Part shown: piece after piece, positions 11,039 through 19,867 of the stretch | Layout: every line of letters starts with the position of its first letter | How positions within the stretch are numbered: position 1 is the stretch's first letter | Source: Clostridia bacterium | Lineage (GTDB): Bacteria > Bacillota > Clostridia > Monoglobales > Monoglobaceae | NCBI GenBank assembly: GCA_045646365.1 | Contig: JAZRKP010000010.1 | Coordinates: forward strand, 42,820 to 106,819 | Length of the DNA: 64,000 bases | Direction of reading: 5' to 3' | Translations under genes and position numbers: made by a program | Notes under the pieces: generated by a model | What the model was told of the DNA's origin: nothing | What the model saw: the letters and a program-made list of their open reading frames with translations, nothing else | Database searches by the model: none

Positions 11039-12781
11039 TTAAAGCGAGTATTTTTTACTAAAAGCTTCAAACTTGATGTCAAAATCTTCGTTGTCAGTAC
11101 GGAGATTTCTAAGTGTTTCGTGAATACTGAAATTATTATTAAATATATCAATAATCCCGCCGGAAATATTAGAGCAGTGTGCAGCGGTTCTCTCAAGATT
11201 TGTTAAAAGATCAGCCCAGATAAATCCTGCTGTAATAGAACATTCACCTTTTTGTAAACGGGCAATATGTTGACTTCTCATTTTATTTTTAAGCTTTGTG
11301 ATAACCTTTTCAAGAGGCTCTGTATCCATAGCAGATTCAAGGTTGTTTTCGGTAAAGGCAGAGAGGGAAAGGTCAAGGATTTCTGACACGGCACTAAGCA
11401 TAACCCTGAGCTCCTGCAAGCCATTGTCAGAAAATTTAATGTCCTTATCACGCATTTCTTCAACGGATTCGAGAAGGTTAAGAGCGTGGTCGGAAATTCG
11501 TTCGAAGTCTCCGATTGCCTTTAAAAGTTTAGCGACTTCGGCGGATTCCTCAGTAGAAAGTTGTTTTCCACTGAGTTTGACGAGATATGTTCCGATTGAG
11601 TCTTCAAAACGGTCAACAACTTCCTCAGCATCACGAATTTCCTTTGCAGTATCAGAGGAGTATTTTTCAAACATAGAAAGACTCTTTGTAAGAGAGCCAA
11701 CTGCGAGATAACCCATTTCGACTGCCTTTTTAGCACAGAGTTCAAGAGCAACAGGCGGTGTTGAGAGCAGTCTTTCGTCAAACATCTCACTTTTTTCCTC
11801 TGTCTTAGGGGCAGGAACAAGGCGTGTTGCGATTGTTTCGAGAACCCCCGACATAGGATAAAGAATGATTGTACAAATAATATTGAATAGAGAGTGAGCG
11901 ACAGCAATTCCAAAGAGTGATGCGGAAGTGTCAAGAAATACAGGTGCGAATAATGCTTTAACAATCAAGAATACGGCAAGCATTATAACGGTTCCAATAA
12001 TATTGAAAAAAAGGTGAACAAAAGCCGCACGCTTTGCATTTCTGTTTGCTCCGAAAGAGGATAAAAGAGCAGTAACACAGGTTCCTATATTTTGTCCCAT
12101 AATAATCGGGATTGCCGCGCCGTATGAAACTTGACCTGTTGCGGCAAGAGCCTGTAAAATTCCGACAGATGCGGAGCTCGATTGAATTATTGCCGTAAGA
12201 ACAGCACCAACCAATACCCCTAAAATCGGATTTTTAAACAGAATAAACAATTCCCTGAACTGCTGAACTTTTGAAAGCCCCGAAACTGAATCTGACATAA
12301 TATCCATTCCAAACATCAAGGTTGCAAAGCCCAACAGTATTATACCGGTGTCCCGTCGCTTGCTGTCCTTAAAGAACATGTAGAAAATTATACCGAAAAG
12401 AGCAAGAATCGGGGTAAATGACATAGGTTTTAAAAGCTGAACAAATATATTTTCACTTTCAATACCTGTTAAACTTAAAATCCAGGCGGTAACAGTTGTA
12501 CCAATGTTTGCACCCATAATAACATTGATTGCCTGCTTAAGCGTCATAAGTCCTGAATTAACAAACCCAACAACCATAACAGTTGTTGCAGAAGAACTCT
12601 GAATAACAGCAGTAACGCCAAGCCCTGTCAGAAGTCCAATGATTTTTTTTGTGGTAAGCTTGCTTAAAACTGTACGAAGACTGCTTCCTGCACGGCGTTC
12701 GAGCGCTTGCCCCATAAGGTCCATTCCGAAAAGAAAAAGGCAAAGTCCTCCGATTAAAGTAAGTAAATTAAAAATATCCAT
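11039..12781 (-). CDS. Na/Pi cotransporter family protein with a C-terminal PhoU-like domain
   Basis: The N-terminus FLFGMDLMGQALE...AVIQSSSATTVMVVGF is repeated in the second half (AIIQSSSASVGIL). The helical C-terminal half is PhoU-like. Confidence 0.85.
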   Translation of the reverse strand: MDIFNLLTLIGGLCLFLFGMDLMGQALERRAGSSLRTVLSKLTTKKIIGLLTGLGVTAVIQSSSATTVMVVGFVNSGLMTLKQAINVIMGANIGTTVTAWILSLTGIESENIFVQLLKPMSFTPILALFGIIFYMFFKDSKRRDTGIILLGFATLMFGMDIMSDSVSGLSKVQQFRELFILFKNPILGVLVGAVLTAIIQSSSASVGILQALAATGQVSYGAAIPIIMGQNIGTCVTALLSSFGANRNAKRAAFVHLFFNIIGTVIMLAVFLIVKALFAPVFLDTSASLFGIAVAHSLFNIICTIILYPMSGVLETIATRLVPAPKTEEKSEMFDERLLSTPPVALELCAKKAVEMGYLAVGSLTKSLSMFEKYSSDTAKEIRDAEEVVDRFEDSIGTYLVKLSGKQLSTEESAEVAKLLKAIGDFERISDHALNLLESVEEMRDKDIKFSDNGLQELRVMLSAVSEILDLSLSAFTENNLESAMDTEPLEKVITKLKNKMRSQHIARLQKGECSITAGFIWADLLTNLERTAAHCSNISGGIIDIFNNNFSIHETLRNLRTDNEDFDIKFEAFSKKYSL

Positions 12782-12953
12782 ATCATATCTCCTTAACTTT
12801 TATTTTTTACCATACATCGGGATTTTATCACAGAATATGAATACATTTCAATAGAATTTTCAAACATTTAATTTAAGGACACAAAAGGTTTAATATAGAT
12901 TTAACAAAATTAACAAAAAGCTACGTTTTGAGCTACGTTTTAAAAATAAAAAC

Positions 12954-12983
12954 AAAAAAAGCCTTGATACACAAGGCTTTTTG
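12954..12983 (-). terminator. Terminator of the tRNA-Thr/tRNA-Tyr transcript
   Basis: gccttg ataca caaggc is flanked by A/T runs and lies directly 3' of tRNA-Tyr on the minus strand. Confidence 0.7.
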
Positions 12984-12984
12984 T

Positions 12985-13069
12985 TGGTGGAGGGAGATGG
13001 ATTCGAACCATCGAAGCGAGACGCAACAGATTTACAGTCTGCCCCCTTTGGCCACTCGGGAACCCCTCC
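12985..13069 (-). tRNA. tRNA-Tyr (anticodon GTA), long variable arm, CCA encoded
   Basis: The reverse complement reads GGAGGGGTTCCCGAGTGGCCAAAGGGGGCAGACTGTAAATCTGTTGCGTCTCGCTTCGATGGTTCGAATCCATCTCCCTCCACCA. Confidence 0.95.
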
Positions 13070-13075
13070 ATAAAA

Positions 13076-13151
13076 TGGAGCTGGTGATGGGACTCGAACC
13101 CGCAACCTGCTGATTACAAATCAGCTGCTCTGCCAATTGAGCTACACCAGC
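13076..13151 (-). tRNA. tRNA-Thr (anticodon TGT), CCA encoded
   Basis: The reverse complement reads GCTGGTGTAGCTCAATTGGCAGAGCAGCTGATTTGTAATCAGCAGGTTGCGGGTTCGAGTCCCATCACCAGCTCCA. The T-stem has one C-A mismatch. Confidence 0.9.
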
Positions 13152-13193
13152 TTATCCACTATTTAGTTTTGGTCAGCACGACCAACAAGAGAT

Positions 13194-13222
13194 ATAATAA
13201 CATAAACTTTGTCTTTTGTCAA
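13194..13222 (-). promoter_or_regulatory. Consensus sigma-A promoter for the tRNA pair
   Basis: On the minus strand: TTGACA (13222-13217), a 17-nt spacer, then TATTAT (13199-13194). Confidence 0.65.
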
Positions 13223-13252
13223 TACTTTTTTTAAAAAATTTTAAAAAAATTT

Positions 13253-14494
13253 TCATATTATGTTATTGCGGATTTTATCGAAGTCTTTATAGAGATATAG
13301 TGAACCGCAGATGACGGTCAAGCCGTGCAAATCTGACAAGGCGGTTTCGAGGTTTTCAAAAGCGGTTGCGGTAAATCCGTATTCCTTAGCTTTGCTTGCA
13401 AGGGTTTCGGCGCTTTCGGCTCTTGGGTTGTCCAAAACCTTAACACAACGAAGTGTGTCATAGCCGTTCTCTCTCATAATTTCAAGCATTTCACCATATG
13501 ATTTGTCCGCCATAACTCCCATAATAAATGTAGGGTTTTGGTCAGGGAAGTATCTTTTCAGAGATTTCATAAGTGCGGTCATACCGTTATTATTGTGTGC
13601 GCCGTCGAAGATTATATATGGGTTATCGCTGACTATTTCAAGTCTTCCCATATGTTTTGTTTTTTTAATTCCCTTTTTAATACAATCAGCAGAAATTCCA
13701 AGAGTCAGGGCAGTTTCGACAGCCAAAGAGGCATTTTCAATCTGAGCAACTCCGCCAAGTCCTGAAACTATGTTTTTAATATTTTTATAGGAGAAAGTTT
13801 CGTATATTTTCTCAAATCCGAGGAAATCGGCAGCTTCGGTAACAATCAAAGGGCAACCTTTTTCAAGACAGGCGGATTTCAAAACAGACATAGCCTCAGG
13901 GTGCTGAGCCAATGTAACAACTTTTGAGCCGGTTTTGATTATGCCTGCTTTTTCACCTGCAACTTCGCCGATGGTTGAGCCGAGATATTCTGTATGGTCG
14001 ATGTCTATGCGGGTTATAACCGCAATTTCCGGTGCGGGAATAACATTTGTTGCGTCCCTTGTTCCGCCAAGACCTGTTTCCAGAACAACATAGTCACATT
14101 TTTGTTCCTTGAAATAGCAAAAGGCTGCGGCAGTCCATATTTCAAAAGGGGTAGGCATTTCGCCAAGCTCCTTTTCAACAGTTTTTGCCGCTGATTTGAC
14201 AGTTTCCATAAGAGATTCCATAATTTCAGCAGAAATGTCCTCACCGTCAATGTTTATTCTTTCACAAACATTTATCATATTTGGGGAGGTATACTTGCCC
14301 GTGCGATAGCCTGCCTCTGTTAAAATATTCTGGAGAAAAGCACACACGGAGCCTTTTCCGTTGGTTCCTGCAATATGAATGAATTTAAGGTCATTTTGCG
14401 GATTGCCCAGAATTTTCGTAAGAGCCGTTATGCTTTCAAGGCGAAGCTTTGCAACCGCCTGAAAACTGTTGGCAAATTTCAGAAAATTACTCAT
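13253..14494 (-). CDS. folC: Folylpolyglutamate synthase / dihydrofolate synthase
   Basis: It has the Mur-ligase-type P-loop HIAGTNGKGS, the FolC-typical TSPNMINVCERI motif, and the C-terminal domain. Confidence 0.85.
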   Translation of the reverse strand: MSNFLKFANSFQAVAKLRLESITALTKILGNPQNDLKFIHIAGTNGKGSVCAFLQNILTEAGYRTGKYTSPNMINVCERINIDGEDISAEIMESLMETVKSAAKTVEKELGEMPTPFEIWTAAAFCYFKEQKCDYVVLETGLGGTRDATNVIPAPEIAVITRIDIDHTEYLGSTIGEVAGEKAGIIKTGSKVVTLAQHPEAMSVLKSACLEKGCPLIVTEAADFLGFEKIYETFSYKNIKNIVSGLGGVAQIENASLAVETALTLGISADCIKKGIKKTKHMGRLEIVSDNPYIIFDGAHNNNGMTALMKSLKRYFPDQNPTFIMGVMADKSYGEMLEIMRENGYDTLRCVKVLDNPRAESAETLASKAKEYGFTATAFENLETALSDLHGLTVICGSLYLYKDFDKIRNNII

Positions 14495-15038
14495 TTTTAA
14501 ACCTCCCGATTTTTTTGAGTGATACTATAAATCTTTGACTGAACAGGAAAAACACAAGCTGAAGTCCTGCTTTTATTATTCCCGCAGGAAGTCTTATTAT
14601 AATAGCTGTGCTGTATTTGGGGAAATATCCTGCCTGGAGCAAAACTGCGGTAGATAAAATTATATCCGATAAAAACACAACAACTGTGCATAAAACACAT
14701 CTTAATATATAGGTTTTGGAGTTTGACTGACGGTTATAGAAGAAAACGCCGTAAACAAAGCCGACAAAAAATTCAAGCACAGTGAGAAAAGGCAAAGGTG
14801 CACCCGACGGGGCAAGGAAGATGTTTAAAATATCCCCGACCGCACCGCACAAACCACCAAGCCACGGCCCGAATAAAGCTGCGGAAATAAAAACAGATAT
14901 AAATTTTAATGGGATTTTTATTGCGTCTCCTATGCGGAAGGTGCAGAAAATCGCCAAAATGGCGGTTATTGCCGTGAGCATAGCCAAAGCACAGAGCTTA
15001 TAGACTGAAAATTCAGGAAATTTAAAGTTTTTTTTCAT
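14487..15038 (-). CDS. folT: Folate-family ECF transporter S component
   Basis: Starts at MKKNFKFPEFSVYKL (ATG at 15038). It is multi-TM and lies directly behind a THF riboswitch. It overlaps the folC start by 8 nt. The 57 extra N-terminal codons in the ORF track cover the riboswitch and are rejected. Confidence 0.8.
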   Translation of the reverse strand: MKKNFKFPEFSVYKLCALAMLTAITAILAIFCTFRIGDAIKIPLKFISVFISAALFGPWLGGLCGAVGDILNIFLAPSGAPLPFLTVLEFFVGFVYGVFFYNRQSNSKTYILRCVLCTVVVFLSDIILSTAVLLQAGYFPKYSTAIIIRLPAGIIKAGLQLVFFLFSQRFIVSLKKIGRFKNE

Positions 15039-15044
15039 AGAAAA

Positions 15045-15073
15045 ACCCTTTCTGTAATCGCTACAAAAAGGGT
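15045..15073 (-). terminator. Expression-platform hairpin of the THF riboswitch (terminator and/or SD sequestration)
   Basis: Minus-strand RNA ACCCUUU...AAAGGGU is followed by UUUUU and then, 2 nt later, the AUG. The 3' arm AAAGGG is the only SD-like sequence. Confidence 0.5.
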
Positions 15074-15087
15074 ATAATATACAGATT

Positions 15088-15192
15088 TTGCAGCAACGGA
15101 ATGCGGAAACGGCACCGCAAGCGTAATGCTTTTCGTAAGAAAGGCAACTTCCCGTCCTTTCCTCACTTAACGCGCAGTTTCCTACTTTGCAA
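15088..15192 (-). promoter_or_regulatory. THF (tetrahydrofolate) riboswitch aptamer
   Basis: The minus strand reads UUGCAAAGUAGGAAACUGCGCGUUAAGUGAGGAAAGGACGGGAAGUUGCCUUUCUUACGAAAAGCAUUACGCUUGCGGUGCCGUUUCCGCAUUCCGUUGCUGCAA. It shares the AGUAG...CGCGUUAAGUG...GGGA...ACGAA...GCGGUG...CCGCAU blocks of the published THF aptamer, has a UUGCA/UGCAA closing stem, and sits before folT. Confidence 0.8.
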
Positions 15193-15199
15193 CGAGAAA

Positions 15200-15228
15200 A
15201 TTTTACCACAAATTAAATAATATGTCAA
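15200..15228 (-). promoter_or_regulatory. Consensus promoter driving the riboswitch-folT-folC transcript
   Basis: On the minus strand: TTGACA (15228-15223), a 17-nt spacer, then TAAAAT (15205-15200) with a TGG extension. Confidence 0.65.
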
Positions 15229-15312
15229 GAGATAAACGGTTTTCTATTGCATAATTCAGTTTTTGTGGTATAATAATATTGTAATAATTTATATTAAGCG
15301 GGAGGATATTAT

Positions 15313-15879
15313 ATGAAAAAGTTTATGGTGATTTTTGGTTTGGTTTGTTGTATGGCTCTTGCCTCTTGTGGGAAAATGGCTGTTGGGGGAAACGGCGGTG
15401 CTGACGGAGTAGCAGGAAATAAGATTTCTACGGAGCGTGAACCTGTCAGAATGGTTAATGTTGACGGAAGTTTATATTATGAGACAGGAGAAGATATAGA
15501 TTGCGATGCAAGTTGCGGTGTTATGGACGGAACGCTTACTAAGACCGCAGATAAATTTGAAATTCCTCTAAAATCGGGAGAATCCAATTTTAAGGCGAAA
15601 AAGGGATATTGGTCAGGCAGAGTTGAAAATACTCTGGAAATCCCCGTGGATGACTTGGATGAGGCGGAAATATTTAAAAAGCTTGACACGAATCAGGATG
15701 TTTTAAAATATAAGTATTGTTATATAGTTGAGAAAAGACTTTCAAATTCAGACGATGACAGCGAGTTCCTTGTTCTTGCAAATTCTATGGATATTACCTT
15801 TGATGATGCGGTTTATAAGATGTTCGGCTCGGATACAACGAAAATGAAAGATATATATGTTATTTCCGTTGGGGATTGA
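15313..15879 (+). CDS. Hypothetical lipoprotein
   Basis: The signal peptide ends in the lipobox LASC (MKKFMVIFGLVCCMALASCGK). The RBS GGGAGG lies upstream. Confidence 0.6.
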   Translation: MKKFMVIFGLVCCMALASCGKMAVGGNGGADGVAGNKISTEREPVRMVNVDGSLYYETGEDIDCDASCGVMDGTLTKTADKFEIPLKSGESNFKAKKGYWSGRVENTLEIPVDDLDEAEIFKKLDTNQDVLKYKYCYIVEKRLSNSDDDSEFLVLANSMDITFDDAVYKMFGSDTTKMKDIYVISVGD

Positions 15880-15906
15880 CTTTAAAAATATAATGAGGTG
15901 GAAAAT

Positions 15907-16752
15907 ATGAAATCAAGATTTATGAGATTCCCTGAAGGAAAGGCAAAGGCAGTAACATTTAGCTATGACGACGGATGCAAGGCAGATGTCCGTTTTGCAA
16001 AAAGACTTGCACAGTCAGGTCTTAAAGGGACTTTCAACCTGAATGGGAAACACAGAAGAGCACTGACAACTGAGGAGGTTAAAGAGTTTATACTGGGAAA
16101 TGGACATGAGATAGCAGTTCACGGTCTGGAACACAGAGCGAATGGGAATCTTCGTGCTATTGAGGGTATCAGGGATGTCCTTGATTGCAGACTCGATATG
16201 GAAGAAGAGTTTGGAATGATTATAAGAGGTATGGCTTATCCCGACTCGGGAATAACCACTATGAATAACGGTGCTACATATGACAAAATAAAGCAGTATC
16301 TTTCGGATTTGGATATTGTTTATTCAAGAACTCTGGGAGGAGACAATAACTCATTCCGTCTCCCTGAGGACTGGCACGCATGGATGCCGACGGCACACCA
16401 CAATAACCCAAACATCTTTGAGTATATTGATGAGTTTTTGAATCTTGATATGTCAATGAATTCATATCATGCCCGCAGATATCCAAGATTGTTCTATATC
16501 TGGGGTCATAGCTATGAGTTTGACAATAAAAATAACTGGGAGCATCTTGACGAAATCTGTGATAAGATTTCGGGGAAGGAAGATGTGTGGTATGCAACCA
16601 ATATGGAGATTTATGATTATGTAAAAGCTTATGAATCTCTTGTTTTCAGTGCAGACGGCAAGACTGTATATAATCCGACACTCATAGATGTGTGGTTTGA
16701 TGTTGTTGGAACAGTTTATAAAGTTTCTGCAGGCGAAACTATAAGAAGATAA
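15907..16752 (+). CDS. Polysaccharide deacetylase family protein (CE4-like)
   Basis: VTFSYDDG and HEIAVHGLEH match NodB-type metal and catalytic motifs. GAGGTGG lies before the ATG at 15907. Confidence 0.75.
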   Translation: MKSRFMRFPEGKAKAVTFSYDDGCKADVRFAKRLAQSGLKGTFNLNGKHRRALTTEEVKEFILGNGHEIAVHGLEHRANGNLRAIEGIRDVLDCRLDMEEEFGMIIRGMAYPDSGITTMNNGATYDKIKQYLSDLDIVYSRTLGGDNNSFRLPEDWHAWMPTAHHNNPNIFEYIDEFLNLDMSMNSYHARRYPRLFYIWGHSYEFDNKNNWEHLDEICDKISGKEDVWYATNMEIYDYVKAYESLVFSADGKTVYNPTLIDVWFDVVGTVYKVSAGETIRR

Positions 16753-16775
16753 TCAGAATAACACAGGAGGTTAAA

Positions 16776-17423
16776 ATGAGAGAAAAGGTTATAGAGGCGA
16801 TAGATAAGAATAAAATTGTTGTAATTGTAAGAGGTGTGGCAAAGGAGAAGCTTATTCCTCTTACTGAGGCAATGTATAAGGGCGGAATCCGTCTGCTTGA
16901 GGTTACTTATAACGCAAACGGAAACCCGACAGACGAGGAAACTGCAGAAAATATCAGAATGCTTGCCGAGCATTTTGAGGGCAGAATGTATATCGGGGCA
17001 GGTACGGTTATAACAGAAAAACAGGTTGAACTTACTAAAAAAGCGGGCGGACAGTTCATAATCTCTCCCGATACTTACGAAAATGTTATAAGAAAAACCC
17101 GTGAACTGGATATGGTTTCAATGCCGGGTGCGCTTACTCCAAGCGAAATTCAGTCAGCCCACAGATACGGAGCGGATTTTGTTAAAATGTTCCCGATAAC
17201 AAATATGGGACTTGACTATGTTAAGGCGGTTAAAGCTCCGCTTTCACACATTAAGCTTTTGGCAGTTGGCGGAATTGAAACCGATAATATGACTGACTAC
17301 TTAAATGCAGGGGTGTGCGGTTTTGGGATAGGCTCAAGCATTGTAAACAAAAAGATGATTGAGGCTGATGATTATGAGGCTATAACGGCGCTTGCTGAAA
17401 AATTTACAAAGGTGATTGAATAA
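16776..17423 (+). CDS. eda: KDPG / KHG aldolase family (2-dehydro-3-deoxy-phosphogluconate or -phosphogalactonate aldolase)
   Basis: 215 aa. IVVIVRG, GIRLLEVT, GAGTVIT and FVKMFP are typical of Eda/DgoA class I aldolases. Confidence 0.85.
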   Translation: MREKVIEAIDKNKIVVIVRGVAKEKLIPLTEAMYKGGIRLLEVTYNANGNPTDEETAENIRMLAEHFEGRMYIGAGTVITEKQVELTKKAGGQFIISPDTYENVIRKTRELDMVSMPGALTPSEIQSAHRYGADFVKMFPITNMGLDYVKAVKAPLSHIKLLAVGGIETDNMTDYLNAGVCGFGIGSSIVNKKMIEADDYEAITALAEKFTKVIE

Positions 17424-17424
17424 T

Positions 17425-18348
17425 ATGAGCGTTTATATAACTATTGACGGCGGGACAAGCAGTACAAGAGTCAGCCTTGTTGAAAATATGGAGATTGTAT
17501 GCACGGAAAAGCTTGATATTGGTGCAAGAGCCAGTATTGAGAGCCGAGAAAAATACACCGGCGCAATCAAAAATGCGGTGGATAAAGTTCTCTTAAACAG
17601 CAAGAAAAAGCCTGAAAAAATCTTAGCCTCGGGAATGATAACCTGTGAATTCGGACTTTGCAATCTTCCGCATATTGAGGCTCCTGCAGGACTTAGCGAA
17701 CTTCATAAAGCTATGCACGAAACAGTTATAAGCGAAATCTCGGACATTCCCTTTGTTTTTATGAGAGGTGTTCGGGTAAACAGCGATGATTTTGATAAGG
17801 TTGATATGATGCGTGGAGAGGAAACCGAGCTTATGGGTATTCTCAATGAGGAATACGGAGAGTGTATATATGTTCTTCCAGGCTCCCATTCCAAAATTAT
17901 CAAAACCGACAAAAATGGCAGGATTATTGATTTTTCCACAATGCTGACAGGCGAAATGGTTGGTGCTTTATCTCAGGGTACAATCCTGAAAGATGCGGTT
18001 GATTTGAAAGATTCCAAAATAGACAGCGATTATCTTTTGAAAGGCTTTGATTATGCTAAGGATAAAGGCGTTAATAAGGCTCTGTTTAAGGTGAGGATTC
18101 TCAAAAATATTTTTGGTTGCACAAATGATGAGATTTACAGTTTCTTTATGGGCGTTATTTTGTGCGACGAAATTGAGTATATCTTAAATGACGGAGCGGA
18201 AACGGTTGTGCTTGGCGGAAAAGCGCAGATTAAAAAGGCTATGGCGATAATCCTAGAAAACAGAGGAGATAAAAAGGTAGTCGAGATAGACGAAAAAGCG
18301 GTTGATTATTCAACCTCAATCGGTATGATAAGAATATATGAATGTTGA
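17425..18348 (+). CDS. dgoK: 2-dehydro-3-deoxygalactonokinase family protein
   Basis: ITIDGGTSSTRV, MMRGEETELMG, LPGSHSKI, TMLTGEM and LFKVRI parallel E. coli DgoK blocks (IDWGSTNLR, VMRGEETQLIG, MPGTHCKW, VMTGEL, LFEVRA). Confidence 0.65.
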   Translation: MSVYITIDGGTSSTRVSLVENMEIVCTEKLDIGARASIESREKYTGAIKNAVDKVLLNSKKKPEKILASGMITCEFGLCNLPHIEAPAGLSELHKAMHETVISEISDIPFVFMRGVRVNSDDFDKVDMMRGEETELMGILNEEYGECIYVLPGSHSKIIKTDKNGRIIDFSTMLTGEMVGALSQGTILKDAVDLKDSKIDSDYLLKGFDYAKDKGVNKALFKVRILKNIFGCTNDEIYSFFMGVILCDEIEYILNDGAETVVLGGKAQIKKAMAIILENRGDKKVVEIDEKAVDYSTSIGMIRIYEC

Positions 18349-18352
18349 CAAG

Positions 18353-18380
18353 AAAGGGACTGCAGAAGTCCCTTTTTGTG
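18353..18380 (+). terminator. Rho-independent terminator
   Basis: aaagggac tgcagaa gtcccttt, followed by a T-run. Confidence 0.65.
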
Positions 18381-18396
18381 TTTTTCATTAAAACTC

Positions 18397-18425
18397 TTGC
18401 AATTATCAGAAAATTGTTGTATAAT
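18397..18425 (+). promoter_or_regulatory. Sigma-A promoter of glyQS
   Basis: TTGCAA (18397-18402), a 17-nt spacer, then TATAAT (18420-18425). Confidence 0.6.
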
Positions 18426-18466
18426 ATATCAGTGTGTATAAAAAAATCAGAAAGGGTGTTATACAT

Positions 18467-19849
18467 TTGAAAAATCAAGAAAAAACTATGGAAAAAATCG
18501 TTGCCCTTTGTAAAGGCAGAGGCTTCGTTTATCCAGGCTCCGAAATTTACGGCGGTCTGGCAAATACATGGGATTACGGTCCACTTGGTGTTGAACTTAA
18601 GAACAATGTTAAAAAGGCTTGGTGGAAGAAGTTTATTCAGGAAAGCCCATATAATGTTGGTCTTGACGCTGCAATCTTAATGAACCCTGAAACATGGGTT
18701 GCATCAGGTCATGTTGGCGGATTTTCTGACCCGCTTATGGACTGTAAGGAATGTAAGGCGAGATTCCGTGCTGATAAGCTTATTGAGGATGCAGCCGGCG
18801 TTAGTGCTGATGGCTGGTCCGACGAAAAGATGATGGAATATATCAAGGAAAATCAGCTTCCTTGTCCTGAATGCGGAAAGCACAACTTTACAGATATAAG
18901 AAAGTTTAACCTTATGTTCAAAACTTTCCAGGGTGTTACAGAAGATTCTAAAAATGAAATTTTCTTAAGACCTGAAACTGCACAGGGTATCTTTGTAAAC
19001 TTTAAGAGTGTGCAGAGAACATCAAGAAAGAAGATTCCGTTTGGTATCGGTCAGATTGGTAAGTCTTTCAGAAACGAAATCACACCGGGTAACTTCACAT
19101 TCAGAACCCGTGAATTTGAACAGATGGAACTTGAATTCTTCTGTAAGCCGGGCACAGACCTTGACTGGTTTAAATACTGGAAAGATTACTGCAAAAACTG
19201 GCTTCTTTCTTTGGGCGTTGCAGAAGAGAATATCAAAATGCGTGACCATGACCCTGAGGAATTGTCACATTACAGCAATGCAACAACAGATATCGAGTTT
19301 ATGTTCCCGTTTGGTTGGGGTGAACTATGGGGTATTGCTGACAGAACAGATTTTGACTTAACACAGCACTCAAACCACAGTGGCGAAAAGATGGAATATA
19401 ATGACCCTGAAACAAACGAGAAATATATTCCATATTGCGTTGAACCGTCTCTTGGTTGTGACCGTGTTACTCTTGCATTTATGGTTGAAGCTTACGACGA
19501 AGAAGTTGTTGACGCTGAGAAAAATGATGTAAGAACAGTTATGCACTTCCACCCGGCGTTAGCTCCGATTAAGGCTGCTGTTCTTCCGCTTTCAAAGAAG
19601 CTTTCAGAGGGCGCCGGCAAGGTATTCAGTATGCTTGCAAGCGAGTTTATGTGTGAATATGACGAAGCGGGAAGTATCGGTAAGCGTTACCGCCGTCAGG
19701 ACGAAATCGGAACTCCGTTCTGTATTACTTATGACTTTGATTCAGAAGAGGATAATATGGTTACCGTTCGTCACCGTGATTCAATGGAACAGGAAAGAGT
19801 TGCAATCGATGACTTGGTTGCATATATCAGCGAAAGAATAAAATTCTAA
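18467..19849 (+). CDS. glyQS: Glycine--tRNA ligase (alpha2 class II type)
   Basis: [34 protein letters not shown] is diagnostic. The listed GTG at 18434 is only about 2 nt from the predicted TSS. TTG at 18467 (8 nt after GGGTG) or ATG at 18488 are more plausible starts. Confidence 0.9.
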   Translation: MKNQEKTMEKIVALCKGRGFVYPGSEIYGGLANTWDYGPLGVELKNNVKKAWWKKFIQESPYNVGLDAAILMNPETWVASGHVGGFSDPLMDCKECKARFRADKLIEDAAGVSADGWSDEKMMEYIKENQLPCPECGKHNFTDIRKFNLMFKTFQGVTEDSKNEIFLRPETAQGIFVNFKSVQRTSRKKIPFGIGQIGKSFRNEITPGNFTFRTREFEQMELEFFCKPGTDLDWFKYWKDYCKNWLLSLGVAEENIKMRDHDPEELSHYSNATTDIEFMFPFGWGELWGIADRTDFDLTQHSNHSGEKMEYNDPETNEKYIPYCVEPSLGCDRVTLAFMVEAYDEEVVDAEKNDVRTVMHFHPALAPIKAAVLPLSKKLSEGAGKVFSMLASEFMCEYDEAGSIGKRYRRQDEIGTPFCITYDFDSEEDNMVTVRHRDSMEQERVAIDDLVAYISERIKF

Positions 19850-19867
19850 ATTTTTGTGGAGGTAGGT

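Noticed and set aside
12890-13113. ORFs 12890..13105 (-) and 12928..13113 (+) over the tRNA pair, and 30497..30796 (+) over tRNA-Arg
   Set aside because: They overlap clear tRNA genes and their terminators. The translations are artefacts of tRNA sequence.
15039-15209. The 57-codon Cys-rich N-terminal extension of the folT ORF (listed ORF 14487..15209)
   Set aside because: The extension lies exactly over the THF riboswitch aptamer and its promoter-proximal region. There is no SD at 15209, and the S-component sequence begins at MKKNFKF (15038).
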